A DNA stretch of 64,000 nt from Antedon mediterranea (taxonomy: Eukaryota; Animalia; Echinodermata): contig NC_092679.1 of NCBI RefSeq assembly GCF_964355755.1, positions 588,201 through 652,200 on the forward strand. Reading direction: 5' to 3'. The translations under genes and the position numbers were made by a program. Shown here piece after piece: positions 13,088 to 27,398 of this stretch. The notes beneath the pieces are model-generated. The model did not search any database, was not told the origin of the DNA, and worked only from the letters and a program-made list of their open reading frames with translations. Positions within the stretch are counted from its first letter, which is position 1, and the number at the start of each line of letters is the position of its first letter.

Positions 13088-13838
13088 CGAAATGGCAGTA
13101 CACTGGGGATATAACGGAATGACAGGACACTGGGGATATAACGGAATGACAGGACACTGGGGATATAACGAAATGACAGTACACTGGAGATATAACGGAA
13201 TGACAGGACACTGGGGATATAACGGAATGACAGGACACTGGGGATATAACGAAATGATAGTACACTGGGAATATAACGAAATGACAGTACACTGGGGATA
13301 TAACGGAATGACAATACATTGAGGATATAACGGAATGACAATACACTGGGGATATAACGGAATGAGAGTACACTGGGGATATAACGGAATGACAATACAT
13401 TGAGGATATAACAAAATGAGAGTACACTGGGGATATAACGAATTGACAGTACACTGGGAATATAACGAAATGACAGTACACTGGGGATATAACGGAATGA
13501 TAGTACACTTTCGGATATAATGAAATGACAGTACATTGGAGATATAACGAAATGACAGGACACTGGGGATGTAACAAAATGACAGTACACTGGGGATATA
13601 ACGAAATAACAGTACACTGGGGATATAACGAATTGATAGTACACTGGGGATATAATGAAATGACAGTACACTGGAGATATAACGAATTGACAGTAAAATG
13701 AGGATATAACGAAATGACAGTACACTGGGAATATAACAAAATTATTACAGTACACTGGAGATATAACAAAATTACACTACACTGGAGATATAACGAAATA
13801 ACAGTACACTGGGGATATAACGGCATTTCAGTACACTG
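13088..13838. repeat. 27-bp minisatellite (GGGGATATAACGGAATGACAGTACACT)
   Basis: About 27 units. The overlapping ORFs show 9-aa periodicity. Confidence 0.93.
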
Positions 13839-15170
13839 TCAGCTTGTTCCATAATTTGTAAATATTATAGGCCTACCTAATGGATACACTACACGCAAAG
13901 TAACAATTACAGATTAACTAAAAATAATTTCCTTTCTGGTTTAATATTAGTGGTCGATTATTCTATGAAAATAACATGCGTCTTATATAGACCCGAAACA
14001 TTAGAACGTCATGTGAACACTCTATATTGTATTTACACACAATGTATGTAGACCTATACATTGTACGGACTTCATTATGCTCACTTCTTTCCCTTAAACT
14101 GTTCTCTATAACAAAAATCAGTGAAAATTGATTGCCGTGTATCAATTGCGTTGTACTAGTCGTTAACATTAGCAATCCGGATTACCTGCGAAATGCCAAT
14201 ATTGTGGCTTAACTAAATTTTATTTAGCAATAGTATGTCAGAAAAAAGTCTATTAATTTAGAACACGTACGTCACGATAAATCAATATTGAAATTCATAT
14301 ACAAATTGTAATTAAATCTATTGTTCTCAACAATCAATAAAAATTGGTTTGTAAAGCAAAAAAAAAGCGAAGTAAAATTTGCATACCAATATACATGGAG
14401 TCAAATTTGCATATCAAAACACGTGAAGTAAAACGTGTATCAGTTTGAAATAGCCATTCATTTTGCAGGGTCTCAAATTTGCATATTTTGCACACGTGTA
14501 ATGAAATTTGTATATATATATAACACTGTTTGAATAAATTATGGAGGAATTAAGACTAAGTCTTTTATATCTGTTTTCATTGTGTAACTTTATCTGGTAA
14601 CTAATCAGAAAAACTAGGCCTATGTCCGCCGCCGCCGCGCGCGTACGTTTTTATATTTCTTTTATTTCACCGCTTGTTTTACTACATTTCGTACAGTAAA
14701 CACACACACACATAATATATATACAGTATATATATATATTATATGTTCATGTATCAATGAGAATAAGAAAGCAATTTGTAAGTAATAATTATAACCGGCT
14801 GAAAACAGCAAAGCAGAATAATAATGTAATTTTTGTTCTACTTTCTAATTCCTGAATGTACAATAATGAATAAAAAACAAACAAAAAATGAACATTTTGT
14901 AACAAAAAATAATAATAAAAATACCGATTCAAGACCCAGAAAGATACTGTAGTAGTAATCAGGGGAAAAATAAACAACCGTCAACCAGAAGAGTAAAAGA
15001 ATTCGGATTTCAACGGAGAAGAGAAGAGGAAATTAGATGGGCCATGCGAAATATATACTTATGAATTGTTTTTAGCTTATTAGAATACGATTATTTGTTA
15101 TTATAAAATATACTAGTTTTTGCATGAAAGTATAACATTACATTTATTTTGGGGCATTTTTGTGAATCAG

Positions 15171-15400
15171 TCCACCGGGGTCCCATACTCATCTAAATGA
15201 TGAACTGAGTTCTTAAAAGTGCACACAGGCAAACCGTATTTTGTACACTGGGCCTACGGATTTTCATCCGAGAAGACTTGTTCCACCACCACCAGAACTA
15301 CGTAGGAGCGAGTGAGCATCGAACCCATGCCGATATTGTTGGCTATTTAGGTACGGTAAACGACACCCTACCTTACTACTACATACTACCCACACGGCCA
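15171..15400 (-). mobile_element. tRNA-derived SINE with Deu-like core
   Basis: The minus strand has A-box-like TGGCCGTGTGG, B-box-like GGTTCGATGC and core GTGCACTTTTAAGAACTCAGT...GAGTATGGGACCCCGG. Homologous to 34161-34440. Confidence 0.7.
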
Positions 15401-17578
15401 TTTGATATTATACGCTGTGATGCAAAAGTACTCGCATTTGGCGTAAACGCTCCATATTTTACGTTTATCTCATTCTACAACATTCTTTTCAATCATTTAC
15501 CTATACATACATGTTATATTTATACTTTAGCATCAGAAAATAGCGTGCAGGCATTATTCCATTCCTTTACATTAATTTAGTTTAAACACATCATCATCAT
15601 CTTACATTACTGTGCAGAACCTGGTGTGAATCGCACAATAAACTACATTAAAACATACAAACAAAACATACAGAAGTATAAGCTGATTACCTGTATGCTG
15701 GATATCGTATACAGCAAAATGTTGTAGACTATATAATTCAGTCACTAAACCGTATTACAATTATTTCAGGAGTCCATGTGAGTGACGTTAGCAGTGATTT
15801 CGAGTAATAATATGAGTGCTCTTCAGTCTAACGATTAAGTACCACACTACGGGTAGAGGGCTTAATCATTGTGAGCAAACATTTTCCCATTAACAGTGTT
15901 AAATTAAGCAATGCTAAGCTGAATTTTATTATACGTTTCACACTAATAATAATCACCAAAATATCTCAATTGTATACTTCGATGTACTTAGCAGCAAGTG
16001 AACCGCGAATGCTCACTTTTGCAAACGATTCGAGTAATCACTTTCTGCTGACAATGTTGTATATTGCATTTAATTATTTTTAGTATTTTATAGCATTAAA
16101 TCGGTCCCGTGTTATTTATATGATTAAGACTTAAGTCACCACGTAGGATTTATAGCTTTCATCTCACTTCAAATCAGTACTATTGGGAATCGAAGCTTGA
16201 TTTCGGTTACTTTCGACCAACAACCTCAGAAAACACAATGAATTATGAAACTGTACACACGCGCTTAACCAGACAGATGCGCGTTAGACAGACGCGCTGC
16301 GTCACCAAATTTTACGAAGAAATCATTGCGTTATGTTTACGTACATAAAAGTCACGGTACGCATGTTTTAATTTCATAACGAATGAATACTAAAATTGTT
16401 TTCATAAATATAGGCCTACCGAATACAATGCCTTAACGTATTAGAAATAAATATTGTTACACTTACTATATTTTCTGTAGGTAACTGTCCATCACCAAAC
16501 ATTGTAATACGCTACAAGTGGCTATAGATCCGAGACGATGCACCGTTATTGGCCCGACCACAACTTATCATATGCTACGCGTAAACTGTTTTTATATACG
16601 TCGCACGCGACATTTTATACTCATTTTCTGGCCTAGTGCATTTATTCGATAGGGGTGTCAGGTAGTGATATTCATTTGATTCACTTGTACGACGGAAACT
16701 GAAGCACGTAGAGGAATTGGGTATGTGACGTATTGCAAGTGACATGATCCTGGCTGAGTAGTTAGAGGAGAATGATTATTTTTCTTCGTTACGATGACTA
16801 GTAAGGCACACAGTGTTTGATAACCGTGCAAAACGTGGAGAAGGCGGCGGTAAAACGCGTTACCGCAGAAACTTGGGCACAGAAATATTCCTATAACAAG
16901 GTGAATGTAGGCATTTCGCAAAGGGATGGGAAGAGTGTGTATGGGAAGGGGAGGGGGGGGGAAAGGGGTATTTATGTATGTACTTATGGATTTACAAAAC
17001 GAACATTTTTTTGTATAACAACGATGCAGTATTAGTGATATAATATACAAACCATTATGGGGGGGGGGGGATGATTTCTGACACCGTTATGGAGGGGGGG
17101 GGGGCGATGATTTCTGACACCGTTTGATATAATATTTGATATAATGATATCGCTTTATTCGGTCTTTATTAAATTCTAAAATCAATAATAAACCGAAAGT
17201 GATTATAATTCATGTTAATTCTCTAGTAGACGAGTCTCTTTGATAGGCCCCTCTAAACGAAAGTTATTCATTATAAACACACACAGATTAAATATAGAAT
17301 TAAACTTCAAAGATTAAGCGTATAACCAATTTAATTTTAAACTGCTAAATCAAAGCGTGTATGTGGTCGGTTACCGGCTGACCTAATTCTTAATCCATAA
17401 ATTCTATTGATCCGTCTTATCATTTCAACGGAACCGGACAATGGTCGCCGCCGGACAATGGTCGCCGGACAAGTGACAAGGAGGATGTGCAAACTGTTAT
17501 TTATTAATAATGTAAATACAGTAGTGAATTATTCCTACGCTCACGATTTGCAATTGTTTCTATCTGAACATCCGGTTG

Positions 17579-18245
17579 TTTGGTTCTCACTGGGACTGTA
17601 CACATAAAGCTTGGTTCACACTGCACTTGGACACATAAAGCTTGGTTCTCACTGGGACTGGACACATAAAGCTTGGTTCCCACTGCACTTGGACACATAA
17701 AGCTTGGTTCCCATCTGCACTTGGACACACAAAGCTTGGTTTCCACTGCGCCTGGACACATAAAGCTTGGTTCCCACTGCACTTGGACACACAAAGCTTG
17801 GTTCCCACTGCACTTGGACACATAAAGCTTGGTTCCCATCTGCACTTGAACACACAAAGCTTGGTTCCCACTGCGCCTGGACACATAAAGCTTGGTTCCC
17901 ACTGCACTTGGACACACAAAGCTTGGTTCCCACTGCGCCTGGACACATAAAGCTTGGTTCCCACTGCACTTGGACACATAAAGCTTGGTTCCCACTGCAC
18001 TTGGACAAACAAAGCTTGGTTCCCACTGCGCCTGGACAAAGAAAGCTTGGTTCCCACTGCACTTGGACACACAAAGCTTGGTTTCCACTGCACGTGGACA
18101 CACAAAGCTTGGTTCCCACTGCGCTTGGACACATAAAGCTTGGTTCCCACTGCGCCTGGACACATAATTAGCTTGGTCCCCACTGCACTTGGACACGTAA
18201 AGCTTGGTTCCCACTGCACTTGGACATAAAGCTTGGTTCCCACTG
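17579..18245. repeat. ~31-bp satellite whose unit contains the family B MITE TIR (AAAGCTTGGTTCCCACTGCACTTGGACACAT)
   Basis: About 21 units. The last unit continues into MITE-like sequence (...GTGATTGGTCAAATCGTTGCG). Confidence 0.9.
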
Positions 18246-19060
18246 CAGCGTAGTAACACGTAACAGATCATACGACCCATCGTGTCGTGATTGGTCAAAT
18301 CGTTGCGTCTAAAAAAAACTTATCTTGTGATTGGTCAGATTTATACATTTACGTTCCCACGTACGCGCGCACATAACCTGTTTTTTTACTTGAGTTGTAC
18401 TACTGTATCTGATACAATGATGATTTTAACGACACGATTGTGACATAATGAAAACTAGGATGGCTATAATTATTAATTATTTGAATTAAGTGATCATCAT
18501 TAATACATTTTGTCCTCCTTCATTGCATCCTACAATATCCTTGCTGTTTGTTTGTTCCACGGAGTATCCTAATTTCATCATAAATAATTAAGTTCCACAT
18601 TCTGTAGTTTATTTAGTCTACGTATCTTACTGAACCGGTAAATTTTAATAACATTTCACATCCCTTTAGCCCAGACGATGAAATTTGAGCCGTGGATGAT
18701 AATCAAGAATTTTCCGTAGTGAGTTAAAGCCAGCATGATTCGGTCGATTTGAAGCGATTCCGATGCTACTATATCAAGTACCTAAATTTGAATTTAATAC
18801 CTTAAACAACTGTAAAGCTACACATAGGGATATACATTATATATTATTACGAGATCTAGTTTGTATATGTAATCTAATAAGGTTTTAATGTATGCAGATA
18901 ACAAAATAAAAAATTGGAAATAAATATATTGGTTGTAGGGTAGAACTAACTCCTGATATTGTAAATGATGGGGTCGCTCACAATGAATATTATTGGAACC
19001 CCATCGAATATTGAATGAGAGAAATGTTGAAGTCCTGTACTTGAAGTAGTCGTACGCATG

Positions 19061-19414
19061 AAGCGTGGTTCCCACTAGCGACGCAACATAAGGACGTAAT
19101 GCAACGCAAGTGAATTGACCAATCACAAGCGATGGCTTATTCGCTTGTGATTGCTAAAGCTTGGTTCCCACTAGAACGTAACGCAAAGACGTAAACGCAA
19201 CGCAAGTTTTTTAACCAATGACAAGCGAAGTTATAGACAGTTAGCAATCACAAGCGAATAACATCGCTTGTGATTGGTCAATTCACTTACGTTGCGTTAC
19301 GTCCCTGCGTTGCGTCGCTAGTGGGAACTAACTGTCTATAACTTCGCTTGTCATTGGTTAAAACGCTTGCGTTGCGTTTACGTCCTTGCGTTACGTTCTA
19401 GTGGGAAACAAGCT
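19061..19414. mobile_element. MITE family B with an inverted copy of itself (19158-19328) inserted at its central TAA
   Basis: The outer halves match the intact copy at 5648-5826. The inner copy is reverse-oriented and flanked by TAA at 19155-57 and 19329-31. Confidence 0.88.
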
Positions 19415-19930
19415 TTATGGAGACCAGACTAGAAAGACTAACCAATTATGTCTACATACAGAGTTTGGCTTATAAATTACATCGCCTAAGGACAAGAACC
19501 AACATGATGATTATACAACGATTGTCCTTTTGTTGCTGCTTGTTATAGTAGTAATTACTAGTATTTGTCATTATCCTCTAGTCTACAAACAATGTTATTT
19601 TAGTACTCAATATAGATTGAAGATAAAATTGGTATACGACGCACAGTGCCTGTACTACTTAATATGTTATAATATAATATAATTGATCAAGTCTCTACGA
19701 TAGATTTATTGTATTATAATAAATGATGTTTTTACTGCAAAGCACGTCAGATGTTTGTTTGGTTTTATGAATAATATATTTAATTTGGAAGATAGTACTA
19801 CTAAAAAAACGTGTGTGTCTAATTCTCAAGGTTTAGTTTTCATTAATTATTATTCCGTCTTTATTTGTATCAGCGATGCTTCAATATGCTGTTATTTTTT
19901 GTGTGTGTTATTTTTCAATTCATTTTATAA

Positions 19931-20063
19931 AGCTGTCTACACTATCAAACTGTATGCGACAAAAAAAATGTGATGTGCCCAAATATGGACATGATGATGT
20001 CATAATGTATTTGGGAACATAACACTCTTTTTTGTCAAACTAGTTTATAGTGTAAACAGAGCT
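19931..20063. mobile_element. MITE family A copy (internally deleted)
   Basis: Both TIRs are present. Confidence 0.82.
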
Positions 20064-20461
20064 TTATAGTGCTGAAATTTGGTTAGTTCCCACTACGACA
20101 CAATACGCGCGCAACGAGTTAACCATCACAAGTTTGGATGATCCATCGCGTCGTTTTGGCCAAATTGTTTGCAGTGCGCTTACGTCATCGTTGTGCTGTG
20201 TGTCCAACGTACATAGCTTTAATCAGTCTATTGACTATAATGATGTAGTTCCGTATTTTATTGGGTCCTTTAATATTACCCGTTGTTTTTATTTAATATA
20301 GTACCATGATATGTTGACGATGTGTAGATACGTGTTTTTATTTTGTTCCTATAATGCGACCATATATTTTGTTAGGTTTTCATTTCATATTATTATTTTA
20401 TTACTATTATTATTCTATAATTCTATTGTAAACATTTTGTCATAAATTTCCATAAATCAAT

Positions 20462-20730
20462 ATTATATATATCATATATAACCTAGATACTATTGTTATA
20501 TATATCATATATAACCTAGATACTATTGTTATATATATCATATATAACCTAGATACTATTGTTATATATATCATATATAACCTAGATACTATTGTTATAT
20601 ATATCATATATAACCTAGATACTATTGTTATATATATCATATATAACCTAGATACTATTGTTATATATATCATATATAACCTAGATACTATTGTTATATA
20701 TATCATATATAACCTAGATACTATTGTTAT
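20462..20730. repeat. 33-bp AT-rich minisatellite (TATATATATCATATATAACCTAGATACTATTGT)
   Basis: 8 near-perfect units. Confidence 0.93.
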
Positions 20731-21293
20731 CTTACATATCAGTATTGTGGGCTTTCATCAGTAGGATCTCTAAAATTTTCTGCGCATACTTTATATAGTA
20801 CACGCCACCGGATAGACGCTCATAGGATTGGCACGGACATTATCAGAAAGACAGTTTATTTATACATATTACGTAAACATATTTGAATAAGTAATTTATC
20901 TATTATATGCCATATAACCGAATGAAAATCGAAAACTAAAAGTATATTTACGAACAACCATTAATCGCTCGCGCCAACACTGCGGTAAGGTCTCTTCACA
21001 TTGGTATTAATATCAAACGTTAGTCATTCGTCGTGAAGCTATTCTATGACTCTGTTCACATTAATAACAAACATCATTCAAAACAGAACTCTTCTGAGTA
21101 TTTGTCATTGCACGTTGTTCACATCAAACATTAGTTATTCTTCCTAAAGCCATTGTAACACCCTGTTCACATTCATTTCAAACATCAATCATGCAACTTA
21201 AGACATCTCTGTCAGAAATCAGAACAGAGATACATTTGTATAATAATGTTGATCGCAAATAGCTTGATTTCGCGAGGAACGTCATTGCACAAT

Positions 21294-21401
21294 GCATGAT
21301 GGGAAGAGTTTGGGAGCAAACGTGTCACGACGCGTACGTACAAACAATAAATCACGTACGTGCGCGTCGTGACGTTTGCTCCCAAATACTTCCCATTATG
21401 C
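21294..21401. repeat. Near-perfect inverted repeat (hairpin with ~47-bp arms)
   Basis: GCATGATGGGAAGAGTTTGGGAGCAAACG..TCACGACGCGTACGTAC pairs with GTACGTGCGCGTCGTGACGTTTGCTCCCAAATACTTCCCATTATGC. Confidence 0.8.
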
Positions 21402-21764
21402 GTCGCACACGCTATTTTTAAGAGAGCACTGAGTGAAATCGACAGAATGTACGGTAACGTTAAAACAGACAAAATGGACGCATGGATGAATCAATCAGAA
21501 GCGACAGATCCCACTCGTCGTGATTGGTCAATTTTCGGTGCAGTCACGTCCTTGTAAGCGTTAAAACGGACAAACATTTGTTTCAACGGACTTAGATGTT
21601 ACGCTTACTTTTACGTTGTTGAGGTAATGTATGTAATTACATTCATCTATTTCGTCTACGTTTCGTTCATTTTTTGACGCGCATTCAAATTAACTAATCG
21701 TTTTTCAATAGTTATACTTAAAATAACAGATTGTGCTGTCGTGGAAAATGGCAATAACAACATC

Positions 21765-21951
21765 CACATAACTACTACAGCGTGGCAATACCTATCGAAA
21801 TAAATACTTAGTTCACATAACTACTACAGCGTGGCAATACCTATCGAAATAAATACAACTACTACAGCGTGGCAATACCTATCGAAATAAATACTTAGTT
21901 CACATAACTACTACAGCGTGGCAATACCTATCGAAATAAATACTTAGTTCT
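21765..21951. repeat. ~49-bp tandem repeat x4
   Basis: CACATAACTACTACAGCGTGGCAATACCTATCGAAATAAATACTTAGTT repeated, with one unit truncated. Confidence 0.88.
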
Positions 21952-24111
21952 AAAGACGTGTTATTTTGTACACTGTAATAGTTTTGAGAGCGCCATCAAC
22001 CGTTCATTTAAAGTTGTGAAGTGTCGTTTAAAACTTTCGATTATGCATGGCGCAAAAAACAGGGCAACACTGTAAATTAAAAACAACGAAATTTGACCGT
22101 TCATTATTGTATATACAATTTAGGCGTGAATATACAGACTATACAGTGTTTCACACTTCGTATTAATTTGCAAACGAAATAAATAGTTTGGAGTTCTGTT
22201 TCATCCAATAAGTGTATCCAATAAAATGTATCGGTTGCAATTACTTTAAAATTATCATTAGAATTAATGCGATGATGCGTTATGACCATCACTGACCGTT
22301 CAATTGACCATATTGACCAGCGGATTTCAAAGCTAGTATGATTAAAGGTTCATATAAGTATTTCAATTACGTGAGGATTGTAAGGTTCAGCAACTGTCGG
22401 TTTACTGGCATTTCTTTAGAGTACTCCGGAAATAAAAACAATAATATAGAAAACAGTAAAAGTAATTATTTGACTTTTGAGTTATTATTTTAGTTAATAT
22501 CATTTTCTCGAAGTGAAAAAAAAACACAAAATGATTGATTTAAGTTTGAAGAATAAAAAAGAACCAAGAAAAAATAATAAATTATTTCTTATACTGTACG
22601 TCGATTAAAATGTTAGCCTTATAAAAACTTGTATAAATAATCATAGTTAAATAAAACAAATGTTAATATGATACTATTTAAAGCAAGCGGCGACTATGCA
22701 TTAGTCAATGCTAGCTAGTGATGACAATTGTCCATCACTTATGTAATACTGTATAGTCCATTGATCTTAAAATAAGATTAGTAATAATTGCATTCCGGGT
22801 ATTTAACAGATAAAACATGAATTTAGGCCCCTAGATGTCCGTCACTTCACATCACCACAGTGACTTACTACCGCCTAGCTCACTGTCGTCATTCAGCCGC
22901 TGATCATTTTAATTTAGCCGTCGGTGAGCCTACAACTAATGGATAAAAATGCACTACGTAGATTTAAACTAAGCACCCAGTATCGTACTAACATTTCATC
23001 AGTTAATCATAAGTCACTTAAAATGAACGAAAACCCACTGAGAATTATATCTCCAACGTGTACAAGAAAAGGCATCGTGCACGCAGCAGCTATGACGTCA
23101 TCGCTTTATCGTTTTCATTAATCGTCTTTGGTATGTGTTATGGATTCAACGATCTGACGTATGGTTTTATTTCAATTGGTTGGAATAAAATTGTTCTTTA
23201 TTACTTTAAAACCAATTTATACGGCGACCCGACGCTTATACGTAGCTATCAGGGAATTTCACTCTTCCCTGGTAGCTGTTGCGTCTCACGGTCATTCTAC
23301 ACAGAAGCATTGCTTCTGAGAGGGTGCGTAGAATTACTTTTCCATTCGCTAAGTTGACGCGTAGCACGCGTGCCAATAGCCCGTATAATCACCATGGAGA
23401 ACAATTTTCCTCCATGGTGGTATCAACATACGCCAGACGGTAATATATCAACTTTTTGACGCTATTTGTCTTATCATCTTGCAATGATTCGCAAGAAATA
23501 ATTAAGGCATTAACGTGGTTATTTTTAATTCCACTTTTTAAAATATGAAATGCTAATTGGTATAGTAAAAACCTCTCAAAGGCAATTTTTACATCATATT
23601 TTGGCCTATAAACACGTGATAAACAAAAAAACTGATGGCTTAATATTTAAAACTACATTACGCGTGAGTGAATATAATAAGGTAGAATAATTACATTTTT
23701 GTTTCCAATTTAGTTTAATTTTCATTAATTTATTATTCATTGTGTCGATCTTGGTGGAACGAGAATGCCATGTTGATACGCGTGTGAACACGTGTCACTT
23801 CTTAATTAAAGTATTGCAATGCAAATAACACTGACATTCAACTAGATATCCCTGGTAGGTGAAAACTATATTTCTGGGACCAAATTGAATAAAATTACTT
23901 TATAGGACTCCTCCTATGTGACACCGCTATTCAAGGGAGGAAATAGAACATGTTTTAACTAACAGACTACAGTTGCGTCTATTTTTGCCTTAATAGGGGT
24001 TCGATTGTACTTTAGGACCAACATATTATTTTAGAGTGATTATCTGAACTCAAATTAGAAATAGACAATAATCAAATTTTGTTTTAAAGAGAAGTACCTA
24101 ACCGCAGAAAA

Positions 24112-24270
24112 TACACACATCCCAAACTTTATGTGACAACAAAATGTGATGTGCCCATATAATAATGGACATGATGATGTCATATCACTACTATATTTGG
24201 GCATATCACTACTATATTTGAGCACAGCACACTTTTTTTGTCAAACTAGTTTCATAGTGTAGACAGAGCT
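24112..24270. mobile_element. MITE family A copy
   Basis: Right TIR ATAGTGTAGACAGAGCT plus TAA; internal motif conserved. Confidence 0.8.
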
Positions 24271-24417
24271 TAAGATGGCTATCACATCAAACATAACATT
24301 CGAAAGGATTACATTTACATGGATTTCGGACGAAATCAAACAAGAATAAATTATGAGTCTATTATGTTGCCACTTAACGGAGGTAAAATAAAATTAAATA
24401 GAGCAACATAAGTCAAT

Positions 24418-24583
24418 AGTGTTGCTGGACCTAGGCTCTGGAACCACCTACCCTTGAACATTAAACACACATCATTATTGAGTCACTTTAAGTCACTACT
24501 CAAAACTCACCTTTTCTGATTCTACAGCGCCATGAGAAATGAATGTTGGAATGGCGCTATATAAATCGAACGATTGATTGATT
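24418..24583 (+). mobile_element. 3' end of a CR1/L2-group non-LTR retrotransposon
   Basis: The frame from 24421 reads VAGPRLWNHLPLNIKHTSLLSHFKSLLKTHLF*, the typical LWNxLP...FKxxLK ORF2 C-terminus. It is followed by an AGCGCC/GGCGCT stem-loop and a (GATT)n tail. Confidence 0.8.
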
Positions 24584-27123
24584 TACAGTACGGTATTCAA
24601 TATAAAATGCCTACCAGCTTCATTCATTCATTCATTCAAATTTATTAGTAATATTATCATTATAAAGAGTACATTTAAATTTAAATTAATTCAATTTATA
24701 TATTTCGTGAAGCACTTTCGTGGCTCCAGAAATGTCTTGCTTATCACGTACAAATAAAAGTACTACTACTCCTCTTACTACTACTAAAAAAAAACAATTA
24801 CATAGGCCTATATAAAATATGATAATTGGGGGTGAAAGAGATATACTATCTTTAATCCTAACTCAAACTTCGGAACAGTGGGAGAATCCACATGCTTAGG
24901 ATAGAATAGAACTAAGGATTGCACCAGCAAACGACGCCTTATATTATATTAAGCCATGATTTGTTATAAAAGCCAGTGGGATTTGATGTAAGCTGGCCAA
25001 TAGTAGTAACATATCACACAATTGTCTGTATGCAATTCACCACTAATTAAACTAATCTACTACAAACACGCAATGCGATTAATACACATTGTTTATTAGG
25101 TGCATGTATAAATAAGTATCAACAGAAAAGGGAGATGCTAGAATATTTGTTATTCTCTCTCTCTCTCTCTCCCCTATATGAACAATAGGAACATAGGATG
25201 CTGTATCATGGAACTTCGTTAAATACACTGTTAGTCTTACATGTTACATTGTTTTTATCCTCAGAATATCTAGGCCTATACAAACATACGACGGTGTATC
25301 ATGGAATTTCGTTAATACAAGTCGCATGTGACATTGTTTCAACTATATAAATATTTTTAATTAAATTAAACTTGGTTACAGAAGAAGAAATTAAAACGCT
25401 TTCACGATAGAGCGCAGCAGCCTTTATGGAAACTCTTTATGATTGTAACATAGAAGGCACCCTCTGAAACTAATTGACGAAAGCACAGAATGATGATATT
25501 AACAGTACACCGTGGAATATACACGCCACTGAATTTTTGAAAAAAAGCATGGGATATCTTAATAATGGCAACATTTCAATATTACACAATATTTTGGATG
25601 GAAAACAAATAAAAAATTACAAACAAGATTGTTGTCTTCAAATGAATATTAAATATGATAGATTACAACAGGATATCATTCACAGTCTATTGGCAGTGTT
25701 TCAGAAATTGAACGCGCGCGTTAAAAAAAAGTTGCGAATATTAAACATTTAACAGTGAAAATAGACAAAAATGTTGTCGTTGTTTGTAGGTCATTAGGGG
25801 TCAAAATTAATAATTTACATTTTATCAATAGATATTTCCTTTAATGTATTATTCAATCGACCATTCGTCTAATATTACTCATCTGTGGCTGGTTCGAGAT
25901 TAACATGGTTGTAAAAATACTATAAATTTTTGTCTGAAACAAACGTGTTTAATTAACTTTAATCAATAATCAAGAACATATAAATATAGTTGTATTTTAT
26001 CTAAGTGTATACAATATTTAGAAATTATTATTACTAAAATTCACTGTACAATAATATCACAGCCAAACTAATCTTTTAGTCGTTTTTGGCACGGTATCAC
26101 GTCTATAGCCAATAAACTGCGGGGCTGTTTCATTATCAACCTACGGTAACATTTATTTAAAATATTTTATCAAACAGAATGCAAAAGCTGTTAAAAAAAG
26201 AAAACATTTAATAACGATTTTGTCGGTATAGGGAAGGTACGATAAACATATTAATCTCAACAGATCACTAAATTAGGTAGATACAACGTATTGATATATA
26301 GCAAGAACTGTAGACGAATATAACGACCTGTTCAAATGGTTATATGACGACGAAGGTTGAAATGAGCCGCAACATAAATATTTGGTTTAATTATGTGTGC
26401 GTGAGATTTAATGTTTACTCTTCGTAATAAGTTTTCGTTTATCGAATCTCGACCGGTACAGTATCGGTGGTTTTACTAACGTATTGCGATTTGCGTCAAA
26501 ATAATGACCAAAAAAAACGTGCAAAAGAGCATAAAATAACCATTTAAGCGGGAAACGTGCAAGCGCGCGTTAGACCTTAGTTCCCATGACGTAAAGCAAG
26601 GACGGACGTAAGCGCGCCGCAAGTAATTCTAAACTCTCTCATTTTGATTGGTCAACTCACTTCCGTTGTATCTACGTGATTGATGTGTCCAACTGGTCTC
26701 ACAGTTTTCACACACACCCTGACAAACGTTTTTTCACGACCATCAAAACCAGGACAACAAGATCGTTCCATTTGACTTCCAAACATCCAAATACCATCAT
26801 CAATACTCTTATTCATTAGTGGGCCTTTTCTAGATATGCGTTTATTTGACCCAAAGTTCTCGTAAAATTGCTGTTTATACAAACCGATGCGTGTAAGTGT
26901 GTGTTGTGAGTGTAATGACCACATATCTATCTAATGTGAAAATGGTGTATACATTATAATAAAGAATAACCAAGTCAAAAGTGGCAATGTCATTAAATAA
27001 AATCACATATAATAAATTAAATGAATGAAATAATAGTCGGATATTATCAAGGACAAAAAACAAAGTACACATTAAATTGTATTTTAATGTCGATAAATAT
27101 TGCTAGTCACGTGAGAAGGTCCA

Positions 27124-27398
27124 GTGGCGGTTGCAACACGAGGAGAAGTGGTGGCAACACAATGAGAGGCGGTGGGAACACGAGGCGAAGCGGTGGCAAC
27201 ACGAAGCGAAGCGGTGGCAACACGAAGTGAAGCGGTGGCAACACGAGGCGAAGCGGTGGCAACACGACGAATAAAGGCGGTGGCAACACGATGGAAGGCG
27301 GTGGCAACACGAGGCGAAGCGGTGGCAACACGAGGCGAAGCGGTGGCAACACGAGCAGAGGCGGTGGCAACACGAGCAGAGGCGGTGGCAACACGACG
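27124..27398. repeat. 21-bp GC-rich minisatellite (GCGGTGGCAACACGAGGCGAA)
   Basis: About 13 units; 7-aa periodic ORFs in several frames. Confidence 0.92.

Noticed and set aside
13005-13826. 273-aa and overlapping ORFs
   Set aside because: The 9-aa periodicity comes from the 27-bp repeat; there is no evidence of a real gene.
17504-18298. 264-aa Cys-rich ORF cluster
   Set aside because: An artefact of the TIR-derived 31-bp satellite.
25370-25752. Possible degraded LINE ORF2 fragment / 92-aa ORF
   Set aside because: Only a vague resemblance, with no diagnostic motif.
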